A DNA stretch of 58,309 nucleotides, filler included, from Sphacelaria rigidula (Eukaryota): assembly GCA_964200075.2 (NCBI GenBank). It is 10 parts of 10 records of this genome, joined end to end, with 100 filler letters (N's around TTAATTAATTAA, not from the genome) between each part and the next. Parts side by side here need not be neighbours in the genome. Positions count along the whole stretch, not along the records: positions 23,367 to 29,107 come from CAXNAA020024822.1; positions 29,208 to 34,948 come from CAXNAA020024823.1; positions 35,049 to 40,789 come from CAXNAA020024824.1; 7 more parts are not named here. One strand, written 5' to 3'. How positions within the stretch are numbered: the stretch's first letter is position 1; every line of letters begins with the position of its first letter. This document shows, piece after piece, positions 23,400-36,940 of this stretch. The notes beneath the pieces were generated by a model that did not search any database, was not told where the DNA came from, and saw only the letters and a list, made by a program, of their open reading frames with translations. The position numbers were made by a program, and so were the translations under genes.

Positions 23400-25400
23400 T
23401 CTTAAACCGTCACAGTGCAGGATATATGGATTGTTGCTGTTAGCGTGAAAATGAGCTGAAAGGTACGAAATGCGTAGGTTCGTCGTATGTGAGCAGGTAT
23501 GACGCGAGTCCTTCCGGTGGTTGAAGATAAAGACATTATGCGTGCATGCATCAATGATCTTTGACCGTGGCATGTTTTTGTATGGATTGTCACGTGTTTG
23601 AACGAGTACGTGGTTGAGTTTTCGCTCATGTCAGAAGGAGCAGGTGGATGGTGGGTCCATTTGTTCGAAGAACTGGTGCAGGTGGACTGCAAGGGTGTCG
23701 AGGGAATAATTATTTCTACATTTTGGCTGATGCAAGGATGGGATATGACGGTCCAAGATCCAAACGAAATATAGAAATGTCTGGGATTTGCTCGAAAACA
23801 AGAGTTTGAGAACGATAGTACCACGGGTGATGAATGATGGCGGAGGTTGAGGTCCGTTTGCCGTCGTTGGATTTGTATGCACGACTTGAAAAGCGGTTTG
23901 AGCCATGGCTTTCCTTTGATTGTCTTTATGAAATGAAGGCAAGTTGAAGCATTGGAGCTTTGACGGCGGGGAGGTATGCGATGCATACGTTTTTTACGGT
24001 GTTGCAGAAGCAAGAGGTCAGGTGCGTTTTAGACGTGTTGGGTGCATTATTTCCTTCTAGCGTGAGGATGATATATCATTTGCTTATTGCACTCCGTTGC
24101 GCAGGTGTTGAAAGTACAAAGAGTGCATTTTGTATGTTGAGAAGAACCTTGTCTCGGATGAGAGAGGCGATGAGTCACGAATGCTCTGAAATTTGACGTT
24201 TGCTGATATTTCCGGTTTCGTGCCGATGAAGAGTCAAGGGACTTGTTTTGGGCGAAGATTTGAGACTTTGGCGCTAGCTATCGCTTTGTAACTCGAAGAG
24301 GTACAAGTAGCGTGATTGCATGTTCATGATGGACGATATTTTCTTGGAATCTCTTGCGAGTTGTTCGAAAGTGGGGCAAGCTTGTATGGAGCTGTTGTCG
24401 AAAGCAGCGGAAGAGACTGCATTTCTTTGCGGGAAACGACGGTACTATCAGGCACCAATGATGTCTGAGTTTATCAAGGTCTGATGTAACTACTCGTTGG
24501 TAGTAGAGAGCTTTAAGGGTGCTGTAGACCTAGCACCATTGTTACCAAAGATCAGGGACATTGTAGGTGGACTTGCGGGTCTGATTGCCGGACTCTGTGA
24601 TGGTGACCTCCATGGCGAGTAGGCTTGGTTTTGCCACTCTGGTGGAGAGAGGCTATATGGTCCTGTTCTCATCTACTATGCTGAGGGTTGACACATGAAA
24701 AACTAAAGCTACTGAAGTCCATGTGCCCGTGATGGGAGGAGTCCACATGGCAGTCTGATCTTGAGTGACAGACGTCTATAGGCCTATGGAGTGAACGAGG
24801 TTCGAAAGAGATTTTTCGTGTTCTGACATTAAAAGGATCCAAGCTTGCAAGTTTTCACTGATGTGGGTTCTATCAACTGTTCTAGGCAGTTGATAGATTG
24901 TCGACATCAGGGGGGCTGATGTTGTTTTTCTAGGATACAGAGTAGAACAGACACGAGCAGATCTCGTGTTCTCATGTTGGGACAGATGGGAAATCTATAT
25001 ATTTTTGTATTCGAGCATACCTCTAGTTTGAGCGATTTGAACTTGAATTGATTCGATTTGAATTTGAACTTTGTTTTCGATTTCGAGGGGAAGTGGTACA
25101 CACACCACTACTGCAAGTTTTCATTTTGCAGTGTTTATTTTGCATACTATTTCGAGAAGTCATGTTATTGTTCAGTGGAATGATATCTCGGTCATTGGAC
25201 ATGTTGAATGTTGACACTTGCCTGATGTAGACCGTGTTGAGGACGGTATGTTGAATCGAATTTCACATAGGCAACAGCATCTTGTTATCAGGAGAATAGT
25301 GCGTTTTTGACATATTCGAGTATTGGAAGATTGAGTATGTTTCTCGAATGTCATCATGGAAACTGAGGAGTGAGAAAAGGGTGTCCACTGTGCATTCATG
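23400..25400 (-). mobile_element. Highly decayed LINE (endonuclease/RT) remnant
   Basis: Fragments resembling early RT domains: KxAPxxD, IKGKP, HQPKCRNNYSLDTLAVHL (QxGFR-like), SDMSENSTTY (DxxKAFD-like). Many stops. Confidence 0.45.
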
Positions 25401-25997
25401 CGTGATTTTTGGTTGTTCCAAGGAAGATTTGGGAACTGGTAATGATTGAAATTGATACACATATATCTATTTTCTTTGTGCTGACTGACGCAAACAATTG
25501 TTGAAACGGAGCATGCATAGGTTACAAAGAACTGATTATATTCAGGATTTGAGCTTTCGATTGCTAAAGTAGACGAGTTTGCGACGTCTGTGCGTGGCTG
25601 AAAAGGTTTTTTTTCCTGACGGGATCGGGTTTTCTTTTTCAGCTCTTGGTAATATAGTGTTGGATTCATGTCNNNNNNNNNNTTCAGGATCGGATATCAA
25701 GACTGGATCATGACGTACGGGGGGAATACGAATAAGAGCTACAATTCTGTTATTTGAGGTATACCCGTTTTAGTGCTTGCAGTACAAATCTACTGGGGGC
25801 ACACGCCTTTTTCGTGTGCTGAAAATACGGGATCATGACGTGTGATTTTGTATGATCGATTTCCCGCCCCCACTTGATTCAGTTGTGTGTTATGTGTGTG
25901 AGAGTGGGCAAATATGGGAAAATTAATTACATGAACGATACCTGGTCTCAACTGGCCACGGCAGGCCTACAACTTCCAGCGACAACCCACCCGGTGC

Positions 25998-28980
25998 ATG
26001 AGGCTTTCTATTAGATGCAACGATGAAAATTGGGCCAGTTCATCGATAGCACTTCAGCCCATATTAAGTATTGGAGGACTTGACCCTCCCGCAAAAACTG
26101 CGAATACTAATGTCGACACTGGGTATAGTCCGCTCAGTCCAACTGGCTCGTCCTTGCGCGGGAAGACTGCTAGTTGGGGGAACGAGGGGAAAACGTTCCC
26201 ACCGGGTAAGAGTTGTGGTGCCGATGGAACACTGGAATCCAACGTAAGGACTGATCATCCGAGGGAAGGAAATTCGAAGGTTAGAAAGACGTCACAATCC
26301 TGTACAGATCAGAATGTCAGCCAGTCTGTAGGCACTTTAATGCAGGCGGGTGCAAGTGGGGTCTTAGCGTGGAGATCTTGTAAGACATTTCCGTCTGGCC
26401 GTCGGAATAGTGCATCGATTGGGGGTAGCTCCCCTAGTTGCGCACAAATTCTAAGCGATATTTTATGTGAAAGTAAAACATCGAGTGCAAAGGTAGGCAG
26501 CCGAGATGAATCATTCGAACCGTCGGTTGTAGCTAGGGTTTTGGATGGACCCGATGCGATTGTACAGTCGCAGAGTAATGAGCACTCAGTAGGAAAAGTA
26601 AGCATCCAGGGTGAGGCAGGTGAACCGCGTGATCGAGTTAGCACTGAACGTAGCCCTCGATACCCATTTGGACCGGGGAACACACGCAGGGATCGTACCG
26701 CCGTATGTTCTACCGTTCGAGACAAAACAACTCGCATCGGCAGGAACAACAGTAATAGTAGGAACCTGGTTGGTCGAAGTGACATTACTCCCGCTGAAAC
26801 TAAATCTTCGACGACTCACGGCAAATCTGCCCGCAGCAGCCGAGATAATAGGAATGCTCCGGTAGGGAAAGAAGCACATTGTCCCGCCGAGATTTCCACT
26901 GTGCATGAAGAGACAACACGCACCAGTTCGACAATCAGTAGCATTGAAGTGGGTGAAGATAAAATTTCTCCGACCAGAGATCACGATGTTCGTAGCTCAA
27001 GAGCTCACAACAGTCGAGACAAGAGTAATCAGAATCAGGGGGGATCAAGCTTGGCTAGTCCTACTCTCGATCTGGGAACCGTACACGAAACAGTTTCGTC
27101 TGACAATGGGTACGATGTGCAGGCATGCATGATTATTGATTTCCCAGATAGAACCGTTCGAGAATCCCAGGATATTTCACGACAAACAGATCGTGATGAA
27201 TCTTCGTGTTACGTAGTGCGTAGGGTAGCTGTAGAAAACGGTAACGAACCGAAAGGGATCCCACCAGGAAGTATTTATGCATTGGACCCCCGAGCTGGCA
27301 GTCGTTTGCCTACCGGACCAGTCTCCGCCCGCGTACCAGCGACAATATCTAGTCAGGTAGCGCGAGGAAAGAAAGGTCGTTACTTGGAAGAAATTAACCA
27401 AGTAAGGGGAGGGGAAGTGAGTTTGAACCGCAAAAACATTTCGACCTTGGCGAGAATATTCTCTGGCCCAAAAGTAACTAGAACATTGGAGGTAAAGGCT
27501 TTGGTGAATACAGGGAGCCCACCGACGTTTATTCATTACTCAATATGAAAAAAAAAATGGTTGACGTTGGGGCAGCCACTATTGAAGGCGTCCGAGAGAT
27601 AGACCCGGTATCCTGGGGTGGTTTTAATGGTGTCCCGTTGTGTACTTCTTCACAGGTGCGGTTGAATATCAGACTGTGGCCTAGAAGACCCAACCCACGA
27701 ATGTCAGTTCAGAGCGGACGAGCATGTCTAGCAATTTACGCCCATGTGGTACCTGATGGAACAATGAAATATGACATTCTAGTAGGACGTGATGGCCTTG
27801 GACTATTTCCGGTCAGAACGTATCGTGATGTAAACCGACGCGAAACAGTCATGACCTTGCAAGGAAATAACATTGACTCTGTTACTCGTGTGTTTGCGGA
27901 ACAAGTCCGCAATGCTGTTGGTTTCGTTGAACCGACATCTTCAACAGCTCAAGTTACAGTAGTGTACAATGGGTCTCAGGATATGATACGACCTGATACG
28001 TTGTCGTGGATTCTTTGGAGGAACCTCCAGTAATGGCAGGTTTGGCAAATGAACAACAACGAGCATTCACAGCTATGTGGGTGAAGCTTCCCGTACATAT
28101 GCGAAAAAGAAAGTTCGGGTTGGAAGGCGCACATAGGCCAGTCGAGGACATTGAAAATCTTGTGCAAATCTTGTGCAAATTTTCACATCGATTTTCAAAG
28201 GACAAGATGGATTTGGGGTATTGCACGGTGGATCCGTTCAGGATTGAACTCAAACCGGCGACAAGGCCTGTCAAACAGCGCCCGTATCGTCACAACCCGG
28301 CGGTTCAAAAGAAGGTACAAGTGGAAATTGACCGCATGCTCGCAGCAGGCATTTTACGGAGAACATATTCCAACTGGAGTAGTCCGCTGGTGGTTGTGAA
28401 CAAAACGGATGGGTCCATTCGAATTACGTGCAACTACAAGAAGCTAAATGATGGCACAATAATTCCGATGTTGCCCATTTCGATTTTTGAGGAACTTTTG
28501 GATGATTAGGGGGTGTCAAAATATTTTCATGTTTGGACATCACTTCGGGTTACTTTAATGTGGCTATACATCAAGACTCAAGTCCGTTAACAGCGATTTG
28601 TACGCAAAGTGGTCTCTATGAATGGTTAGTCATGCCGATGGGGTGCAGTGGAAGTCCAGGTTGGTTTCAGGCAATCATGGCGAGAATATGTGATGGGTTG
28701 GAACGATGCCGTCTATATATTGATGATATGTGTACGTTCAGCGGAACAGGTAGACAGCATGTAGATGACTTGGAGGGTCTTTTTCAACGATTGGCCAAGT
28801 ACAACCTCAAGTTGGCACCGAAAAAAGCACATGTTGGGATGAAAGAAACAAAATTTCTGGGACATCACATATCGGCTGAGGGAATTTCTCCTGATCAGGA
28901 CAAGGTGCAGGCTTTAATTTAAATGCCAATACCAGCCGATGTACCTCAGCTCAGATCGCTTTTGGGAGGTTTGGGGTATT
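25998..28980 (+). mobile_element. Decayed Ty3/Gypsy element: long low-complexity N-terminal region, aspartic protease, reverse transcriptase
   Basis: Protease-like EVKALVNTGS (D to N) and YDILVGRD; RT PVKQRPYRH, WSSPLVVVNKTDGSIRITCNYKKLN, DITSGYF, MPMGCSGSPGWFQ, YIDD, FLGHHISAEGI. Frameshifts and stops near 27548, 28020, 28509 and 28922. Confidence 0.93.
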
Positions 28981-29107
28981 TGTGATGAAGCTCAGAGGCG
29001 TTGCAAGATATACTCTGTGCGGGTCTGCTCGTAGACCCTGGATTCCGTGACGCGTTGTTATCGCGTTTGCTACTGTCATTAGTTAGGGTTGTTTAGCCGC
29101 GGCCCCA
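28981..29107 (+). mobile_element. Possible start of a nested LTR interrupting the Gypsy RT
   Basis: Pol homology (LRSLLGGLGY) stops abruptly at TGTGATG; the putative LTR at 22030 also starts TGATG. Confidence 0.35.
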
Positions 29108-29814
29108 NNNNNNNNNNNNNNNNNNNNNNNNNNNNNNNNNNNNNNNNNNNNTTAATTAATTAANNNNNNNNNNNNNNNNNNNNNNNNNNNNNNNNNNNNN
29201 NNNNNNNAGGGTAAGACTTGACCTCCGATGCTCGATACTTGCCCCGCTGATTTGTCGTGACAGGCTTAAGTTGTACAGCATGTCCACAACGGCAGAACTG
29301 CAGAGCTACATATTCACACGAAGCGAAACATGAGCAGGGGAGGTTATTGTAGGTTTTTGTGTCCGAAATCAACATGAAGAACTGAAAAATAGAACCTGCG
29401 AATCACTCGGGGGAACGGGGAAATGTGTTGGAGAAATTGTTGTCGTAAGAGGTGGTGGTGATAGTAGCAAGTGAGTGTTGTCGGTCGAACCCAGCGCCAC
29501 GATCGCGTACATACGGCAAGACCTGCTCCTGTAATTTTGATGCGGCGTGCAAGCTTAAAAACCGAGAAGCTCGTGCCGCTCAACAGGCTCCACGGTTGGC
29601 ATGCCTGACGAAAACAACATTACGCTCTGTCCGCATCATATCAAGATTTCTTGGACTCAGCTCAATGAAAAAAATAAACATGACGTTCTTGAAAGGGTCA
29701 TCGCCACGACAGGCATCAAGTGTCATCGATATCCCCTACGGCTCTTCCGTCTCCTCATCTTGTTCGTCTTCCTCAGTATCCATCGTATCAAAAAAGTCGA
29801 TATTTTTTTCCACG

Positions 29815-30097
29815 ATGGATCCCGTCGAGGACGAAGAGGATGAGAAGACGGAAGAGCGGTGGTGGATATCGCGGACACTCGATGCCTGTGGTCGCGGCGA
29901 TGCCTCCTTCATGCACACTCAATGCTCATGAAAAAGTGTCATACAAGCGCAAACTTTTCAACGCAATCGCAGGCTTGGTGGAGAGAAGGATCGCTCACGT
30001 GTGTTCGGAAAACGCAGAAGCTCGTACGCGAACTACCCCCACGACTGTAGAATTAACCATCTCGGCTCCTCTCCGGGGTCCGGTGTACGTAAAGTGA
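29815..30097 (+). pseudogene. Frameshifted paralogue of 30736-31014
   Basis: Homology switches frame near 29920 (FMHT to NAHEKVSYKRKL). Confidence 0.45.
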
Positions 30098-30735
30098 ATC
30101 CTCGCCGATTTGTTTTCACCAGACACTCAATTAAAATGCTTCGTTTGGATGTCCACGCTTCCTGCCCGAATCATGCCGTGACAGACTTGCCGATTCGAAG
30201 AACATGAGTGATTCAGCCAAACCTGCTTTAGCATCCTTCATCGACATCAACGTCAACATCGTGACGCCGTTTTGAAAAAAAATCATGTCCATTACAGAAC
30301 CTGCTGCCCCCTCTGATTTGTCGTGGCAGGCTGAGAATATTTGTCCACAACGATAGAACTAGAGAGCTAAATATTCACACGAAGCGAAGCATAAACAGGG
30401 AAGGGAGGTATTTTTTAGTCTTCGTCTCCGAAATCATCACGTAGAACACAAAATTGGCGAATCACTCGGGCGAACGGGGAAATGTATTGCAGAAACTGTT
30501 GTCGTAACAGGTTGTGATAGCAGCAAGTAAGTGTTGTCGGTCTCCAGCGTCATGATCACGTACATGTGGCAAGACCTTCTCTCGTGGTTTTGATCCGATT
30601 TTCAAGCTCGATATCCACGAAACCCGTGCCGCTCACCAGGCTTAATAGTTCGTATGCCTGACGAAAACTACATTTCGCTTCGTTTACATCAATGTCAACG
30701 TTTCCTAGACTCAGCTCAATGAAGGAATCGACACG

Positions 30736-31014
30736 ATGGATCTGGCCAAGGTAGAGCGGGAGGAGGTAGCGGAAGAGCCATGGTGGTTGTCGATGACCCT
30801 TGATGCCTGTGGTCGGCGCGAGCGGCCTTACATGTACCCAGCATACAGGAAGATGACGTACAGGCGCATGCTTCTCGACGCAGCCGCGGGCTTGCTGGAG
30901 AGGAGGATCACGAAGGTATGTCCGGACTGCGCAAAAAGCTCGCACACGATCTACCCCTCGACTGCAAAATGGACCATCTCGGCTCCTCTCCGGAGCCCAG
31001 TGTGCGTAACGTGA
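30736..31014 (+). CDS. Small intronless hypothetical protein (92 aa), intact copy of a tandem pair
   Basis: Paralogue at 29815-30097 shares WWxSxTLDACGR, AGLxERRIxxVC, TISAPLRxPV and the same stop position. Confidence 0.4.
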   Translation: MDLAKVEREEVAEEPWWLSMTLDACGRRERPYMYPAYRKMTYRRMLLDAAAGLLERRITKVCPDCAKSSHTIYPSTAKWTISAPLRSPVCVT

Positions 31015-31462
31015 ACCCTCGTTGATTTGTTTTCACTGGACATGCAAATGCTTCGTTTGGATATCCACGTTTTCTGCCCAAATTATGTCATGGTAAATTT
31101 GCCAATTCGAAGAACAGGAGATATTCGGTCAAAACTGCCTCAGCACCTCTCACCTACATCAACATCAGCATCAACATCATGGTGCCTTTTCTCTTTTATT
31201 TTATTTTATTTAGGTGGTATCCATCGCAGAACTTGCTGCCTCTCCTCCTCTCGAACCCACCTGCTTTTGATTTCTCGTCTTGAACCCCCCACCCCCCACC
31301 CCCCCCCCCCCCCCCCCTTTTTTTTGTTTTCTTCTCCCCCCCCCCCCCCCCCCCCCCTCCCCTCCTCCTCGCCTCCGTTTCTTCCTGCCCTGAACACCAC
31401 TCGTGATACGCGTGTCGACGACAAAACATATTTTGATCGTGATCTCCCGCGCGAAGTTTCAG

Positions 31463-31558
31463 GAAAAGAGAAAGCACCAGCAGTCTGCCACGCCACACCC
31501 CGACAATGACAAGGCGGCGCCAGAGGTGGACAAGTCGCGGGAGGATCACCTCCGTCAG
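31463..31558 (+). CDS. Possible isolated exon (EKRKHQQSATPHPDNDKAAPEVDKSREDHLRQ)
   Basis: TTTCAG acceptor and GTGAGA donor, 96 nt open. No recognisable family. Confidence 0.3.
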
Positions 31559-32363
31559 GTGAGAGAAATAATCGAAAGCGCATTCAGGAGACGACTGAAG
31601 GGACTAGTTGGTTTGGATGTTTTGTACAGTGGTGCCACTACCCGCCCCCCCCTGACCCTTACGTTTCAAATCATACACACTGTGCAGGTCTCGACGAACC
31701 AGCGGAGGAAGATATCCGTCCGACAACGCCCGAACAACAACAACAACAAGGGGCTTTCCGGCTTTTTTTACGGAGGTAAGGCGGAGTCAGAGATCATCAC
31801 ACAACACCGGAGACCCGACGACCTGGGGCGAAGAATTGCGGATCAGCGGTTTCGTACTACGACGTCGTGGGCATTTTTTCTTCGCATTCAGTAGCTGTCA
31901 ATGTTGGGCAACCTACACGTAGAGCCAGTCGGGTGGAGGCGTGGGGCGGAGGTCAAGCAGAACGTAAACCCAGAGAAGGAAAGACAAACATGGAAAAAGC
32001 ACCAACAGTAAGTAGTAAAACAAGAACCCATCAGTACCGGGATTAATAGTATAGCTTTGGCATCATCGTGTTGATAGGGTATCGTTCATGATCCGAACCC
32101 GGCGACAATTTTACCACGCAGGAAATCTCTGAACAGTTTCATGTACAAGTTTGGGTGCAGTCAGAGCCCTAGAATTTAACATTTTTTCTCTTTTGGGTAA
32201 CTGTAAACCGCCATGTACGGTCGAAAACACGAACGGGGGAGGGGGGGGGGGGGGGGGTTTTTTACACAGCCCGAGGGGGGGGGGGGGGGGGGGGGGGGAG
32301 GGGGGTGAATAGNNNNNNNGGGTAGATGGGGGTAGGGGGGTGGGCGGGGGGGGGGGGGGTTGG

Positions 32364-32400
<37 letters not shown>

Positions 32401-35400
32401 GAGGAGGTCAACAGTGTTGTTTTGGTCCACTACACTCCACGAAGTGAGCTTCGTCAGAGTCTACTGCCCACTGTGAGGGGAATGTCTTGAGAGATACTAT
32501 GTTTCCGTGCAGTCTGCAGAGAGGAGTCATTTTCCACCCAAGTTAGGGAAGGTGGGGCTGAGTGAGTGGTAACCAACGTATATCTTCATGGGTTGTCGTT
32601 TTACGTGTACTACTATATTCATAATTGATACCGTGGACACCCTCTGCCTCTGTTCCCCCGTTGGACTGCTGCTGGGTGCTATGATGTTGCTTTCTCTTTC
32701 AATGCCGGCTGGCAGCCACTGTGACATGCCTTCACCCTAGAGTGCGGTCAGCTCCTTCGCACTATGGGTGCTCAACAATAACCGAAGTGTTGTACAGTAT
32801 CATCATTTGTGCCGTTTTTCAGGGCGTACAGCTTCAGCACCGAAGCCCATCCAGCTCAACAATCGGCCATGAAAGACCAAACTATCGGTATGTCATCGAA
32901 AAGCCCAATGGTGCTTGAGGTAGCTTACGGTGCGGATCCTGGGGTAACCTGGATTTTGGAGGGTCATTTCCGGAGTACTCCGTACCCCAGAGTACACAGT
33001 GTATCTATTGCCGAACAATGAGTGCCAAAGTGTATATATGGGCTGAGTACAGGTCCGGAATACCCTACGGAATCTGGGGCACCTGGTCCACTACGAATCC
33101 TCGCATGTCGACATGGAAGATGTACCCGATACCAATGGCCCGGGTACCTGGCCCTGAAAATACCCGGTGCGGTTCTTTGTACGGTGGGCAGCCCGGGTTT
33201 TGATGATTGCTTACCAGATCCCCCTTTCTTGTTAGGGTCATTGGCCCTCAGACCGAGAGAGCACATTTGGATCATGCACCCTTTTTTAGGTGGAATTGAT
33301 GACGAATAAATACATGACCTTCTCTCGGCATCGAAGGGATACTAACAGGACTTCTTCAGACTTTTCCGACTTTGTCGCAAAATTTTCACAAGTTTAGAAA
33401 AAACAGCTCCTCGAAAAAAATTCAACGCTAGTATATTTTCCGAGCAATATGTAGGAAGTTGTGGATTTTTTTCTTTCACGAGTAAAAACAAAAAAAAAAC
33501 GCCGTGAAAAATTAAACGCCCGTAATTTTCCGAACAACATATGAAGGAAGTTTTGAGTTGTTACATTGCTTGACCTGGTTGAGAAACCTGCTTTCGCATT
33601 TTTCGGGGAGTAAATTTTGTTTGGCTAAGAGGTCGGGGAAAGTTCGAAAAAAACAGCCCCGTTACTAACAACCCTTAGCCGAATAACACGGATCGTTCCC
33701 TGCAGACATTCGTACAGCTCACGACTTTTAATCTAAACGTTTTCCACAACGTGTTTCCAATGAACTCTTTGGCCGCTAGGGTAGGCGATCTGTTGGCTCG
33801 GCATCACTACACCTGACATTCAGTAATGTCAATGTTTCATCCATGGAAAAGAAACCCACAGACACGACGTGTACCTATTACAGTGAAAGCTCGCTCCCGA
33901 CTAGAAGCTATACACTCGACCTCGCGAAAGCAAATATTTCTCATAGTAACATTGCCTGCTCGTATGAATGCAGCGGGGACCAGGCCGAAAAGTGGTTGCT
34001 ATCGCAGGTATTGTATGTTCTATTGAATATAATAGTGCATGTCGTAGCTGAGCAAAACAAAATAAGAGCAGTTTTAGTTGAAACACACTACTACTGACTG
34101 GTTGTGAATCCAAATTGAACAAAATTGTCGTCCTCGCTTAACCCTTTGACGGCGAGCGTAGGTCATGCGTTGAATCGACGTCGATCTCACTCGGAAAAAG
34201 TGGGCATGATCTAGAAAGACTACTTATCTCGCGACCAACGGGTGAAAAATCGCACAGAAACAAAGATTGTGGACAAGCATGCCAGCCATTCCATTGGGTC
34301 GTAGACGCTGTTCGGAAATTTCTTCGATACGTGGTTGTAGACGTTAACGAAGAAAACGGTGAACAAGTAGACATAACTCCCCGCGTTCACGTCCTACATC
34401 GTATATCTCTGTGCGAACTCGGCTTACTCATGACGTTTGGTTGGACTGTTGTGCCAGCGAATTGTTTCCGATGATTTCATTCGGCGAGAAACTTCGGTGA
34501 TACCGTGATGGTCCCCTCCCCCCCCCTAAAAAAAATGGCTGGTTTGAGGAGGCAAAAAGTGCCTGTGAACCGAAATGACATCAGCCGAGCACACCGAGCA
34601 GCTGGGAGCTCCCATGGTTGGGGTCGTCTTCGTCAATGTCGATCGTTTATATATATGAGGGCCTTCATGCAGTCTGAAACCATCCATCATTCGCTTTATC
34701 CACGATTATTTCTTTCGTGACAGTTTGGAGGCTGGTTTGGAGGGAGGGAAGCGGGGGGGGGGGGGGTGGGGGGGGGGGGGGGGACTTTTTTCTTGCTTTG
34801 CCTTAGTCGTTTGACCATCGACCACGCATGCCTTTCGAGACGGAGCAAGGCTAAGGGGGGAGGGGGGGGGGGGGGGGGCGGACCCATTTTTTCCTTTGTT
34901 TTATCGTTTGACCTTTGACCACGCCTCCCTTTCAGCACGGACACTCCCNNNNNNNNNNNNNNNNNNNNNNNNNNNNNNNNNNNNNNNNNNNNTTAATTAA
35001 TTAANNNNNNNNNNNNNNNNNNNNNNNNNNNNNNNNNNNNNNNNNNNNTGTTTTCGCGTTTCTGGCCATTTTTCGTACCTTTCTTGGGCAAAAAACGAGA
35101 AGGTATACCTTTTCTAGTCCATTTCTCATTAAATTATGCGGGCGAAGCGCGTTATTTTCGAGCAGCACGCGCGCTAGCGTTTCCGTGTTGCCGACACCGC
35201 GCCAGCGCGCTTGTGGACTGCAGCGTTGTACTCTCCTGTGGCAGCCCGTCACGGTATTGCTCCTCATGTTTCATGACGCTTTACTTGAAAGCACTCAGAA
35301 GAAATGCCAGCGAGTCTATCGTTGTTGCACTCGGAGGTACCTCGTGTGGTGTACCAGTTTTTCGATCTAGTACTGCCGCATGCCCCGTGCTGTACCAACT

Positions 35401-35719
35401 AGTATATCGTACCAGTTCACAAACGGATATGCATGAAATAAACGCCACGGACATGCTCTGGTTATCATGAACTGTACTGTGTACGAAGCGCGGGGACCGC
35501 AGTTTTTGGCAAGGAATGCAAGGACGCAACCATACTGCAGTACAGGTAGTCTTTCATGCAACACGTGATTCGAACGAGACACAAAACAAAGCATTTACAT
35601 GATGATACCTGGGGATTTTGGTACTGAAACGAGTCCACCAGTCCCTCCACTACCTACCGTAAGGAGATAAATACCACTTGTTGATACAAAATATGCTGCG
35701 GGCAGACCTTCATTTTAGA

Positions 35720-36940
35720 GTAGAAGGGCCAGCCGAGATCACTCCGGGTTCACCGCCGAAATCCGAGACGGCCACGTCCCAAACACCGAAATAAATTGAA
35801 ATTGGAAGCGCCCTGGACACAGGGCAATCTATTTGAACTATCCTCCGTATTATCACTGGCGCAGATAGCCCCGAGCTCGCTCTGCTCGCTCCCATTACCC
35901 AGATAACTCATCCCTGCAGTTTCGAACACACGAGGAGTATCTCCAGCTCGCGCTGGTCTGGCGGCAACAAGCAACCAGGACCTTCTCCTGTCAGGCTTGC
36001 TCATCGGCCCATATAGGCCCCGTCTTTCAACATCAGCGACCGTAGCAGCAGCAGGATCACCCATGTTTGCTTCAGCCGCCACCTCCCACCCGGCTCGCTC
36101 CTTGACGGCAACGACGGCAGCTGTGCTGCCTCTAGCGCTCTCGTGGCTGTCCCCTCGGACTGACGATCGCCGTGTGACTTGTTCGCCTTTTCCAACAGCA
36201 GTATCAGCAACTGCTAAATATTCTCCGACGACTGTACTCTCACAGTGCGTGCTGACCTGTGTGTTCCTGCGGACAGTCGCATGCTGTGTCAACCTTCGCG
36301 ACCTTCAAAGTGACCCCGCGTTGTTGCTTCAGCCGCGGGCGATCTCGAACTACTGCACTATCAGCGGGCGAATTGTCGTGCCTGTCCTCCGGGACATGCA
36401 CATGTTATGTCATCTTCGCTGCCTTTACATTGCAGGCAGTTACCCCGCATCGTAGCTTCAAACACACGGGTGCTCGAACTGCCGCACTCTCCTCGGGCGC
36501 ACCGTCCTGCCTGTCCCCTCGGACAGGCACATGCTATGTCACCATTTCGACCTTCCCATTACGGTGCACCACACTCGAAGATGCATATGACGCATGCTTG
36601 CGCAACGCGAAGAGCAATTTCTCGTGCCCAACATCATGAGTACAATTCAAGAACGTGTCACGCAAACAGTGCTAAAAATGCCTGGGCATGAGGTCAGAAA
36701 CCGCTGGTTCCTCAAGAACGTTCCACCCTGTCTGACGCGCATTCGCTTCGTGCACCTGACGAATATAGTCCTCATACTGCCGCAGAAACTCGGCAGGCTT
36801 CTCACAAAAGAACTGGGACCGTCGTATGGTATATCCAGAAACCGCACACGGACAGCGCGACCATCGATTACGACAACTCTTGCGGCGTACGGACAGCATG
36901 GCCATCCACTGCGACATCTTGCTGCACCTCGTACATTATG
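35720..36940 (-). mobile_element. Decayed LTR retrotransposon gag/protease region
   Basis: EFLRQYEDYIRQVHEAN resembles a retrotransposon gag N-terminus; VAVSDFGGEPGVIS resembles a degenerate LDSGAxxSVIS. Stops present. Confidence 0.4.

Noticed and set aside
31196..32430. Poly-Pro/poly-Gly ORFs (also near 1284-1653, 34696-34944 and 46674-46935)
   Set aside because: Translations of G/C homopolymer runs, often next to N-gaps; low-complexity or poorly resolved sequence.
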